Source: Klebsiella phage YX3973
Length of the DNA: 46,907 nt
Strand: one strand, 5' to 3'
Sequence record: MK327140.1
This document shows positions 10,070-18,738 of this stretch, piece after piece. The notes beneath the pieces are model-generated. The model saw only the letters and a list, made by a program, of their open reading frames with translations. It ran no database searches and had not been told where the DNA came from. Every line of letters begins with the position of its first letter. Position 1 is the stretch's first letter. The translations under genes and the position numbers were made by a program.

Positions 10070-12532
10070 TTGCAGCCAATGGCTACCACCCCAACTAACA
10101 AGCCAGTCCCGTCTAACGACCTGAGTGATTTTAGATACAACTGTGAAAAAGTTGACGAGATTGTAAACTCAGGTAGTGAGACGTACACTGATAGATTCGG
10201 CGTGGAAAGATATACCATTGATGGGGTAAGAAAAAATCTTATTCCTCTTGGTAAGCAATATATGACACTTTCTGATGCACAGGCTGATATTGCTAATATA
10301 CCGGTCAACTCTTACACATACGTGCGCGATGCTTCGGGTACATCTCTGGCGCTGGAATATCAAAATGTAGCTGGTACTCTAACAGCAACTGGTCGTGCAA
10401 TGCCGTCACAACAATCAGTAGACAAAGCATCAAAAGCCGTTGATTCAGGTTTGAATGTTTTGTTTGATCCGCTATTTGAGGTATTGCTATCCAATCCTAC
10501 CGTGGGAAGCAAAACACACATTGTTAGCGGAACGTTAACCGCGGCTTTGTCGACCAATGCTAAATTAGGCTTCCCGGCTATTGTGGCCGGACCCGATGCG
10601 GGCGCAATTGCCGCTCGCAGATTATGGCTCGCCGATTGTGCCGTGGCTGTCGGGGATACCATATCTTTAAATGTTATCGCATGGTACGCCAACGCTGGTG
10701 GGCGCGTTGCTTTTGTTTTTCGTAATGCGTCTGGTACTGCTATAGGGACACAGTATTTATTATACGCCACCGGAACAGGGTTCAATCGGTATTTGCGCAC
10801 TCTAACAGTCCCATCTGGTGCGGTTATGCTTGATGTGCGTGTCGAAAACACCGCTAATGCTGGTACGGTAGAGCTGGACGCAGTGTTTTTGATGTCTGCT
10901 ACATCCGAAGCACATCCAACTGTGCCTGGTAGACCCGTGGCCCCCTATGCAGTGCCTCTGCAAAACAACGTTGTGACTACTTCTTCAATTCAAAAGGCCG
11001 CCGTCACAGTGGATAAAGCATCATTTTTCATTCCAGGAGTTAACCTTTTTGATAAAGCTGCCGTCACATCGGGGTATTATGTTAACTATAAGACCGGTAA
11101 TTTAATCACTAACGCTTCGTATTCTGCATCTGATTATATCCCTGTAACAGCGGGTCAGAATTACACGCAAAGTTTTTCGCATCAAACAGCCTTCTACGAT
11201 GCAAATAAAACTTATATTTCTGGCGTTAATGCTCTTGTATCTCCATCAACAGCGAGGACTTTAACTATTCCTGCTGGGGCAGCTTATGTACGAATGTCAG
11301 TCGCAAATACCGCACTCGATACGATGCAATTCGAAAAAGGTAATGAATCCACAGGTTACCAGCCATATGCATTACAGCTGGACCCGTCTTTAATACCAAC
11401 TACAGCAGCCCCAGTCGTCGATTATGTAGAGAGAGCCTATCAGCTTCGCGTTACTCGGATGAAATTGGGGCAACTAGAAGCCGGTGTATCGGCCATTCTT
11501 AATGTTGGTATTTTTGGCGATTCATGGGCAACATTAACCGAGAGATTCGCGAAACCTTTAGCAAAAGCGATTCGTGCTAAATATGGATCCGGCCCTGGTG
11601 TTGGCTGGGTATCATTCGGCCGTCACAGCACATCCGCATCAATAATTAACGGCAACATTTTCTCAGTCAGCAGAGACCTGCCAACGCAATTCACATGGAC
11701 AGGATCATGGTTGTTTAGTTATAGCGGCAAGAAAAACCCAACCAACTCCAGTCCAGATACTGCTGTTGTTACGTCCTCTACACCAGGGGATGCACTGAAG
11801 GCTACGGTCCCTGGCACCTCGGACGGCGGGTGGTCAACCTGCAGGCTGGGCTTTGTGGGTACAAGTAACGGTGTTATTCGATATAACTGGGATGGAGGGG
11901 AATGGACGACGCTCAACGTGCAAGGTAGAGGACTGCTGTTTGTTGATATTAACCCACCGGCTACTGTAAATGCCTCTAATGTGATTAACGTTGAGGTTGT
12001 ATCTGGCACGGTATCGTTATGTGGGATAAAGCCGATTGGCACTGGCTCTGGTGTGCGCGTTCATAAGCTTGGCGCATCTGGTTCAAGTCTTGCTTCATGG
12101 CTGTCAATGGACGCCACTGATTTCGGAAAGGCTCTCGCCGAGATGGCGTTGGACACCGTTATCATCCTTACTGGTACAAACGACCAGCGGATCACTGGTG
12201 GCGCTACTGCATTTGAAGCTAACCTGCGCGCTTTTATTGCTCGTATCCGGGCGACGTTGCCCGGCGCTGATATCCTGTTTGTCATGCCATGCGAGAATGA
12301 GCGGACTGACAACCCGGTAACGATGGCATCAATGGCAGCCAGGGCCAGGACTGTAGCCTCAGATCTGAATTGCGCGTTTATAAACCTGCAATATATCTTC
12401 GGCGAAAACCCCGCAGATTATGCCGATGGTTCGATACACCCCTGGTTTGCTCCTGACGGTATCCACCCCGCCCCGAAAACTGGAGGGTATTTAATAAAAG
12501 ATGCAATATATCGTGTAATGACAATGAGATAA
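10070..12532 (+). CDS. Tail fibre / receptor-binding protein with C-terminal SGNH (GDSL) hydrolase domain
   Basis: 820 aa. Block I GIFGDSW (around residue 483), block III GTND, block V DGIHP. Central region has repeated beta-rich segments resembling carbohydrate-binding modules. Confidence 0.65.
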   Translation: MQPMATTPTNKPVPSNDLSDFRYNCEKVDEIVNSGSETYTDRFGVERYTIDGVRKNLIPLGKQYMTLSDAQADIANIPVNSYTYVRDASGTSLALEYQNVAGTLTATGRAMPSQQSVDKASKAVDSGLNVLFDPLFEVLLSNPTVGSKTHIVSGTLTAALSTNAKLGFPAIVAGPDAGAIAARRLWLADCAVAVGDTISLNVIAWYANAGGRVAFVFRNASGTAIGTQYLLYATGTGFNRYLRTLTVPSGAVMLDVRVENTANAGTVELDAVFLMSATSEAHPTVPGRPVAPYAVPLQNNVVTTSSIQKAAVTVDKASFFIPGVNLFDKAAVTSGYYVNYKTGNLITNASYSASDYIPVTAGQNYTQSFSHQTAFYDANKTYISGVNALVSPSTARTLTIPAGAAYVRMSVANTALDTMQFEKGNESTGYQPYALQLDPSLIPTTAAPVVDYVERAYQLRVTRMKLGQLEAGVSAILNVGIFGDSWATLTERFAKPLAKAIRAKYGSGPGVGWVSFGRHSTSASIINGNIFSVSRDLPTQFTWTGSWLFSYSGKKNPTNSSPDTAVVTSSTPGDALKATVPGTSDGGWSTCRLGFVGTSNGVIRYNWDGGEWTTLNVQGRGLLFVDINPPATVNASNVINVEVVSGTVSLCGIKPIGTGSGVRVHKLGASGSSLASWLSMDATDFGKALAEMALDTVIILTGTNDQRITGGATAFEANLRAFIARIRATLPGADILFVMPCENERTDNPVTMASMAARARTVASDLNCAFINLQYIFGENPADYADGSIHPWFAPDGIHPAPKTGGYLIKDAIYRVMTMR

Positions 12533-12533
12533 C

Positions 12534-12560
12534 AAAAAGGGCCATTCGGCCCTTTCTTCA
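12534..12560. terminator. Bidirectional rho-independent terminator (GGGCC-attc-GGCCC flanked by T-tracts on both strands) between convergent tail and replication modules
   Basis: aaaaagggccattcggccctttcttc. Confidence 0.6.
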
Positions 12561-12677
12561 TCAAAACGGAATATCATCATCAAAATCCATCGGCGGCTCA
12601 TTACCTCCTTGTTGGCTTTGTTGTTTTGGTGGCTGCTGTTGTCTCTGAGGTTGTTGGCATGATTGCTGGCGTGGTTG
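12561..12677 (-). other. In-frame 38-codon extension after the VRR-NUC amber stop, encoding QPRQQSCQQPQRQQQPPKQQSQQGGNEPP-MDFDDDIPF (an SSB C-terminal linker plus acidic tip)
   Basis: Read codon by codon in the same frame as the ORF at 12678..13145; TAG at 12680..12678; ends TGA 12563..12561, abutting the terminator. Confidence 0.4.
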
Positions 12678-13145
12678 CTAAAAGCCATCAAATATCAATG
12701 GCTCTGATGGTTTTTTATAGTTTGGGTAATTCTTTGCTCTCCAGTCGTTAAATGCCATCATCGCCGCTTCCCAACCGAGACATACGCACGCGAAGGATTC
12801 TAATTCTTTTGCAGCCTTGAGGTATGCCATTTGCCCTGGCTGCCATTTTGATAAAGTATGATCCATTCTTTTCATCTCCATAACGAATGATTGCTTTCCG
12901 ATGATAATGATGTCCGAGGCACCGAAGTTTAACGCGCCCTTTTTCTTCAGGTTTTCAACTTCATACCCTTTACGCTTTCCTTCATTTGGAACATGAATCA
13001 TAACTCTTGCAAAGTCAGGATATAGCTTCCTTATCTGATTAACAAAGGTCTCCAGTTCAGCATCTTCTGACGGGCACTTTTTGTTTCTGTAATCTAAATC
13101 TCCATATACCTTAACGCCTTCTGGAAAAATCATAATACCCCCCAA
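12678..13145 (-). CDS. VRR-NUC domain nuclease (PD-(D/E)xK superfamily)
   Basis: IHVPNEGKRKG ... ASDIIII ... FVMEMK motif arrangement typical of VRR-NUC; TTG start with a GGGGGG-type RBS; overlaps the helicase 3' end. Confidence 0.6.
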   Translation of the reverse strand: MGGIMIFPEGVKVYGDLDYRNKKCPSEDAELETFVNQIRKLYPDFARVMIHVPNEGKRKGYEVENLKKKGALNFGASDIIIIGKQSFVMEMKRMDHTLSKWQPGQMAYLKAAKELESFACVCLGWEAAMMAFNDWRAKNYPNYKKPSEPLIFDGF

Positions 13146-16036
13146 TACATGCCTTTAACGTTGAAATATTTACTCCCCTTGTCTCTTCTGAACATAATAA
13201 CTGATGGCGCGACAGCCTCATCTCTTTTTGCTATTGCATCATCAATTGACATGTCAGATTCACCAAAGCACTTCCCGCAAAACTCTTCCCACTCCTTCTT
13301 CATCCATTCCTTCTCAGAGTTTGGATTGTAGAACTTGCTAACAAAAAATGGCTTCTGGTCAATGGCAAATTTTACGTGCACCAAATCTTCACCACTTGAA
13401 ACGTAATGCTTCATAATGTTCATCATGGTTACGCTTGATTGCTTTGTTGCATAAGGAGAAGAATCAAGCCTGTCAGCTTCTTCTTTTAGCTTTTGGTTTG
13501 GGTCAATTATTTCAGCACCGCATGATGTGCAATTTCTTGCTGCTATATCATTTTCAAACCCACAATCTGGACACTCCTTTACCGACCATTTATAAGTACA
13601 CCTATGCATTTCCCTTAGCGGTCCATGCATAACGTAGTTTTTACACCGCCTACCAAAATGAGCAGGCATAGGCTTGCTTCCAATCTTTTCACCTGACTTA
13701 TCAAAAATATCAATCATTACTCTGTCACCCGCCAAATCCAGCCAGTAACCTTCCTTGTCAACTTCAAGATTTTCAGGATTTGGGCGCACACCAAATTCAT
13801 TAATAAAGCCACAAAGAGGGCATTTGACATCCATTGGCACGGATGGTTTTTTCCTTGTTGCTTTTATTTCTGGAGTGAACAAGTCCCCAGTCTCAGAAAA
13901 GTGGCGCTGAATGTTGCCTGCGTAATCGCTGACAAGAAAGTCTTCCTTACCTTCATAAAGACGCGTGCCCCTGCCAATTATTTGCTGGTACAGTCTTGGT
14001 GATTCTGTTGCTCTCATTACTGCTATGTGATCACAATGAGGGACATCAACCCCTACAGTAAGGATATTCTGGTTAACGATGTATTTAACTTTTTGTTCCT
14101 TGAACTCTGATATTGCCTTGTTGCGATCTGCTGTTGGCATATCACCAAAAACATAACTATAAGACCCGGGAGGAAGTGACTCCATTATCTCCATAGCGTG
14201 TTTCTTGGTGCTGGCAAAAATCATAGTTCCGCGCCGATTAACAGAGCGACGGATAATATCTTCAACAATACGTGATGTTTTCCTTCCCTTGCCAACCATC
14301 GCCTTTTCAACTGAAGCTGTTGTGTACCGACCCAACTTATCCTTTTCAAGACAAGACGTATCATACTCGTCAAAAACAGGCTCTGTAACTGGTGGCGTAA
14401 GATATCCATTTTCGATGAGAAATTTAGCTTCAAGCTCATAAACAACCTTGTCATAGTAAGGTTCAATCGCCGTCTCTTCGTCGGTTGGTCCATCAATATA
14501 GTGCTCTTTATAGATATAACCAGTGCCAAGGCGATAAGGTGTAGCGGTCATCCCAATAACACGCAGCTTTGGATTGCGGCGCTTCATCTCATTAATAATA
14601 AATTTAATGGTTGGTGTTATTCCATCACACTCATCAATAATGACAGCACCATACTTATCACCAAACATCTCTATTGAGTTCTTGATTGTAACTGGTGAGC
14701 CAAAAACAACCGGATGCCGCAGGTTTTTTGGCCCAGCCTTTGCGCTGAACATGCTGGCTGGTTCTCCGGTGAGAGAAAGATAACGCTGCCTGTTTTGTAC
14801 AACTAACTCGCTTGTTGGGGCAACACATAGAACACGCTTGCCAGTATTTTTAAAAACCCAATCGGCTATTGATGCAACAACAACGCTTTTACCGCTATTA
14901 TGGTGTATCGTGAAGTCACTAGTTAGATAGAGGTGATCACCATCCAAAGTAAAACCATAGAAATAATCCTCTGGCAATTCTTCAACCGTAAAACCAGTGC
15001 ACAATACGTCTTTCTTCTGCTTTCTTGCTGATGCCTTTTTATAACCAATCATTGGTTTCAAAATATCAATATCACCACTTATCGTGACTCTGTATTTATC
15101 AGAAATGAACTCACCATTCAATGTAGCTGCTCCGGTATTAACGTACGCAGCCAACCCAAGAGAACGAGCCACAAAAGCAACATCATTAGCCAGATGTTTT
15201 GATACAGTAGTTAACTCATAGTAATTGTTACCAAGATAACCGTCCGTATCAATAAGGCCAGAAAGCAATTCAATTCTTTGCTCTCTGGATGCAACCTTAT
15301 AGCAATAAGGAATAAAAACGCTATAAGAATTTTTGTTCAGCAAACCAAGCGATTCCATCTCTACTTGTAAACCATTCTTTTTGCCTCCGCGCTTTCCTTC
15401 GGATGCGTGAATGTGTTTGGTCGATGTTGATTTCTTCATTGTTACGTTTGCATAGCAACCAAAATCTGCAGCCACCTTGCAAAAATAATCAATAAGAACA
15501 TCTTCGCTACCTGAAAAAGTTACAGTTCCTCTGGTGGTTGAGCCATCACCCAACATCATTCCAATAAATCTCGCGGGCAGATTTTGTTTTGCTTCCGGGA
15601 ACTGAACCCCAGCACGACATAACTTATGCGTGTGCTTATGCCATTGGGAAGACGATTCAAACTCTGATACTTTCTCATCAATGTAACCATGCTTTTGAGA
15701 TGGATATTTGCTTCCGCTCGCAACCTTCTTGAGGTGCAATACGTGACTTGCGTTAACAACAAAAGGCTCACCTTTTGTTGGCGTTATCTTTCTCATTGAC
15801 TCTCTGCCACGACACAGAAACAAAACATTGCGCGGCTTGCTGTCCGGCCCCATCAGCTTATCACCGACAACAACATCCTCTACTTTTTTTATGCTGCCAT
15901 CAAACATAAGAACCTCAGTCCCTTTCGCGTGGCAGCCCGTAGGCAAGATGATCATGCACGATGAAACGCTTGAACGAATATGACCTATAACAGAATCAAC
16001 AGCTTCTTGTTGGTATGTTCTAAGCTGTACTTTCAT
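13130..16036 (-). CDS. SF2 (DEAD/DEAH-type) DNA helicase interrupted by an intein; C-terminal zinc-ribbon region
   Basis: Walker A reconstituted as PTG|SGKS across the intein; motif II DECD; CxxC...CxxC pairs near the C-terminus; mature protein ~622 aa. Confidence 0.8.
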   Translation of the reverse strand: MKVQLRTYQQEAVDSVIGHIRSSVSSCMIILPTGCHAKGTEVLMFDGSIKKVEDVVVGDKLMGPDSKPRNVLFLCRGRESMRKITPTKGEPFVVNASHVLHLKKVASGSKYPSQKHGYIDEKVSEFESSSQWHKHTHKLCRAGVQFPEAKQNLPARFIGMMLGDGSTTRGTVTFSGSEDVLIDYFCKVAADFGCYANVTMKKSTSTKHIHASEGKRGGKKNGLQVEMESLGLLNKNSYSVFIPYCYKVASREQRIELLSGLIDTDGYLGNNYYELTTVSKHLANDVAFVARSLGLAAYVNTGAATLNGEFISDKYRVTISGDIDILKPMIGYKKASARKQKKDVLCTGFTVEELPEDYFYGFTLDGDHLYLTSDFTIHHNSGKSVVVASIADWVFKNTGKRVLCVAPTSELVVQNRQRYLSLTGEPASMFSAKAGPKNLRHPVVFGSPVTIKNSIEMFGDKYGAVIIDECDGITPTIKFIINEMKRRNPKLRVIGMTATPYRLGTGYIYKEHYIDGPTDEETAIEPYYDKVVYELEAKFLIENGYLTPPVTEPVFDEYDTSCLEKDKLGRYTTASVEKAMVGKGRKTSRIVEDIIRRSVNRRGTMIFASTKKHAMEIMESLPPGSYSYVFGDMPTADRNKAISEFKEQKVKYIVNQNILTVGVDVPHCDHIAVMRATESPRLYQQIIGRGTRLYEGKEDFLVSDYAGNIQRHFSETGDLFTPEIKATRKKPSVPMDVKCPLCGFINEFGVRPNPENLEVDKEGYWLDLAGDRVMIDIFDKSGEKIGSKPMPAHFGRRCKNYVMHGPLREMHRCTYKWSVKECPDCGFENDIAARNCTSCGAEIIDPNQKLKEEADRLDSSPYATKQSSVTMMNIMKHYVSSGEDLVHVKFAIDQKPFFVSKFYNPNSEKEWMKKEWEEFCGKCFGESDMSIDDAIAKRDEAVAPSVIMFRRDKGSKYFNVKGMYWGVL
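14897..15934 (-). mobile_element. Intein (346 aa) with a double-motif LAGLIDADG homing endonuclease, inserted in the helicase P-loop
   Basis: Starts with Cys35 (CHAKGTEVLMFDG), ends ...FTIHHN followed by Ser; LAGLIDADG motifs GMMLGDGS and LLSGLIDTDGYLG. Confidence 0.8.
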
Positions 16037-16045
16037 AGTGTCCTC

Positions 16046-16072
16046 TCGAATAAAAAAGGGCCACGAATGGCC
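16046..16072 (-). terminator. Intra-operon hairpin plus T-tract (attenuator) between the SSB-like gene and the helicase gene
   Basis: - strand GGGGCCATTCGTGGCCC followed by TTTTTT. Confidence 0.45.
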
Positions 16073-16090
16073 CCGTCATTACAATCTAAA

Positions 16091-16612
16091 TCAAAACGGC
16101 ACATCATCACTAAAGTCCATCGTCTGCTCGTTAGACGGTGCAGATTGCTTAGGAGCAGGTGCTGCTTTTGTCTGTTGACGACTGAAAACACCAGCCACAT
16201 AGTTACCAGTTTTTTGCTTATCCTCAGATTCCCAAACGCGCAGAAGAAGAATCATCGGGCGATTTGCAAGCGCACTGGCAATAGCAAAATCAGTCGGCTC
16301 TTTTCCTGATGCCATCAGCTTTCCACCAGCGTTTGCGTCAATTGCTGCAAGCATAGTGATAGCATTGTCTCGCTGCTTTTCTTTAGAGCTAAATACTTTC
16401 AGCTTCTGGAAGATGATGCGATTTTTATACTCACCCTCAAGAATTCGCCACTTAAGATTGAAGAATCGCTCACCTTCCCACTGGTCGTCTTTACATTCTT
16501 CAACGGCAGCAAGAACACGGCTACCATCAGGAATTACTTCGAAACCACCACCCAGCTCAAATTCAGATTTAGATTCAACAGCTTTACCGTCAGAAAGATT
16601 CCAGAAACCCAT
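16091..16612 (-). CDS. SSB-like protein (DUF669-type, Sak4-associated) with SSB-style acidic C-terminal tip ...MDFSDDVPF
   Basis: C-terminal DDVPF tip; sits next to Sak4/Gp157 as in Sak4-type recombination modules. Confidence 0.5.
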   Translation of the reverse strand: MGFWNLSDGKAVESKSEFELGGGFEVIPDGSRVLAAVEECKDDQWEGERFFNLKWRILEGEYKNRIIFQKLKVFSSKEKQRDNAITMLAAIDANAGGKLMASGKEPTDFAIASALANRPMILLLRVWESEDKQKTGNYVAGVFSRQQTKAAPAPKQSAPSNEQTMDFSDDVPF

Positions 16613-16628
16613 TTTTGTGTCCTCTCGA

Positions 16629-17123
16629 TTATTTGATGATCAGTTTCGGTTTGCCGTCGGTGATGGCACAACCATTAATTTCAATCCCGGCTTTAATCGC
16701 ATTTTTAATCGCTGCGTTATCTGCCGACACTTTCACAACGCGGTACTGCTCAGGAAGCTGCTCAACAGGTACAAACACATCAAGAACTTGTGATGGTTTG
16801 CCAAGCGTGATACTGAACAATTTTCCTTTGATATTCGTCTTTCCTGAAGCCATCATGTTCTGACGAAGATAATCTTTAAGATTATCAATCTTCGAAACTA
16901 AAACACGCTTACGCTCAGAAAGTCTGTCAATCTCTGACTTCAGTCCGGCCTCATCAGCTTCAAGCTCACGAATGTAAGCAGCAACCATTTCAGCCTTTCC
17001 TTCAAACTCCTCTTCAATAAGATTGATTGTATCTTCAATCTGCTCCCGTGGAATATCCTCCATAGCCATCAGTTCATTAAGCTGTTTCGTTATCTCGTAG
17101 AGATGCATAATATTTAATCTCAC
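16629..17123 (-). CDS. Siphovirus Gp157-like coiled-coil protein
   Basis: Coiled-coil N-terminal half; position between Sak4 and the SSB-like gene. Confidence 0.45.
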   Translation of the reverse strand: MRLNIMHLYEITKQLNELMAMEDIPREQIEDTINLIEEEFEGKAEMVAAYIRELEADEAGLKSEIDRLSERKRVLVSKIDNLKDYLRQNMMASGKTNIKGKLFSITLGKPSQVLDVFVPVEQLPEQYRVVKVSADNAAIKNAIKAGIEINGCAITDGKPKLIIK

Positions 17124-17919
17124 TCAAAAGCGGGTTCTCACCTTTTTCAAAAGGAATTTCAGGCTCAAGGTTGTATCTGTTTTTAGCATTAACATACCCA
17201 ACACGACCATCACCAGAGGTAATAAGAACTCGCTGACCAGTCTGAACCACTTTACCAAACTTGGTTACCTGACCTTTCTTATCAGTCTCAGTACCTTTCA
17301 CAAACTCCTCATTCCTGATGTAAATAACAGCATCACTCAGATTCACATAACCAGAAACTGAAGCATCATGCATGTCAAGCGTGTAAACTGTGTATTCATC
17401 AGCATCAGGGCGATTCTTCATCTTTTTAACACCTGCGTGTGCAAGATAAATAATGCTCATCCCTTTTTCTTTGCGAAGATACTTACATGCATTTATTATT
17501 TCAGCGTGCATTTCAGAAACAACAATATATCCTTTGTTGTAACCTCCAGCAGCAGAACCAACGTTGTCAACACCGTAGTTTTCACAAACCTCATGCTCAA
17601 ACATTGAATGCAGGCTTGTGATTGAGTCAATTACAAGCGTTTTGTAATTATGTTCCTCAGTAATTAATGCGCGTAGCTGTGACAGCAAATCATCCTTTGT
17701 GCTTGTTTTGCGTTTAGCATCAGCTCGCTTCAGCACAGGAAATGAATCTGGTTTCTTTTCATCATCCCAGTCATCAAAAACACCAGTGATCTCTTCAGCC
17801 TGAATAAAAACTGGATTTGGGAATAGTGCCGCAAGAGTCGTCTTGCCAACGCCAGGCGTGCCGACAAGAGTAATGATAGGTGCAACTGGTTTTGGTTTTT
17901 GAATCATTGATAAGCTCAT
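17077..17919 (-). CDS. Sak4-like RecA-fold ATPase (AAA_24-type single-strand annealing/recombination protein)
   Basis: Walker A GTPGVGKTT near the N-terminus; ~280 aa; context. Confidence 0.65.
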   Translation of the reverse strand: MSLSMIQKPKPVAPIITLVGTPGVGKTTLAALFPNPVFIQAEEITGVFDDWDDEKKPDSFPVLKRADAKRKTSTKDDLLSQLRALITEEHNYKTLVIDSITSLHSMFEHEVCENYGVDNVGSAAGGYNKGYIVVSEMHAEIINACKYLRKEKGMSIIYLAHAGVKKMKNRPDADEYTVYTLDMHDASVSGYVNLSDAVIYIRNEEFVKGTETDKKGQVTKFGKVVQTGQRVLITSGDGRVGYVNAKNRYNLEPEIPFEKGENPLLSEIKYYASLRDNETA

Positions 17920-17995
17920 AGTGTCCTCTCGATTTAACTCAGCATATCGCTGGTGTGACTTAAAGATACGTCAACATGATGGTAAACGCAATACC

Positions 17996-18024
17996 TTGAC
18001 GAAAATTTTTTTTGAGTTCATTAT
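17996..18024 (+). promoter_or_regulatory. Sigma70-like promoter for the Cro-like gene: TTGACG, 17-bp spacer, CATTAT
   Basis: Hexamers read directly; partial 12-mer TACGTCAAC at 17980-17988 nearby. Confidence 0.4.
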
Positions 18025-18053
18025 TGCTGCATACAGATAGCAGAGGTAAACAC

Positions 18054-18296
18054 ATGAAAAGCATCGCAGAACAGATAAGAGAAATGGAACAGAAGAAGCT
18101 GTCAGAGCTGATTGATTATGTTGGCGGGCAGTCTCAACTGGCAAGGTTCCTTGGCGTATCAAAACAGGCAGTCAATCAATGGGTATCAAGAGGAAGGATT
18201 AGCGCAACAGCAGCAATTCATGTCGAGGCGCTTACTGGTGGTGCTTTCAGGAAGGAAGATTTAAGGCCAGCAGTTACAAAATGGATAGTAAAATAA
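18054..18296 (+). CDS. Cro/YdaS-like HTH DNA-binding protein
   Basis: HTH QSQLARFLGVSKQAVNQW; GAGGT RBS; lies between the two leftward replication operons. Confidence 0.55.
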   Translation: MKSIAEQIREMEQKKLSELIDYVGGQSQLARFLGVSKQAVNQWVSRGRISATAAIHVEALTGGAFRKEDLRPAVTKWIVK

Positions 18297-18298
18297 TA

Positions 18299-18323
18299 AA
18301 GCCCGCGTTTGCGGGCTTTTTGT
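18299..18323. terminator. Bidirectional rho-independent terminator
   Basis: aagcccgcgtttgcgggcttttt. Confidence 0.55.
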
Positions 18324-18342
18324 TGCGTTTGCAGTCTCTTTG

Positions 18343-18738
18343 TTAAATCCCTTTCGAACTCAAGCTGTCTTTCTCTCTCCTTCCTCCATACTCTTTGTTT
18401 ACTTCCTCGTACGGAACGCCAAACGCCTTGCAGAAATTAAATAGTGCGTCACCTGCAAACACTTCGCTTGGATGCCAGCTTCCTGAATGTCTTGCAACAT
18501 CCCTGTATGAAGCTGTCACTATTCCGACATTGTTTTTGTATTTTATCCTGCAAAACAAAACGTCATCATCAATGCAGACTCCCATATTGCAACGGAACAC
18601 AGGGAACTTCCAGTAGTAAACCTCCATCAGGTGTTTACCTGTCATCAGAGAGATTGCGTTGTGATGCCCACCTTCAGGTTCTTCAGATTCAAAGTAGTCA
18701 AACAACCCTTTCATTACAATGAACTTGTAGTTAATCAT
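18343..18738 (-). CDS. Hypothetical protein (131 aa)
   Basis: ORF track; ATGA overlap with the primase gene. Confidence 0.4.
   Translation of the reverse strand: MINYKFIVMKGLFDYFESEEPEGGHHNAISLMTGKHLMEVYYWKFPVFRCNMGVCIDDDVLFCRIKYKNNVGIVTASYRDVARHSGSWHPSEVFAGDALFNFCKAFGVPYEEVNKEYGGRREKDSLSSKGI

Noticed and set aside
10360-12042. 163-aa and 107-aa - strand ORFs inside the tail-fibre gene
   Set aside because: Nested antisense to a gene with clear SGNH motifs; no start signals.
12491-12691. 66-aa - strand ORF (MMAFSNHASNH...) and the apparent AAGGAGGTAATG start inside it
   Set aside because: The region is better explained as the in-frame SSB-tail extension of VRR-NUC; the apparent RBS+ATG is the codon string QQGGNE in that frame.
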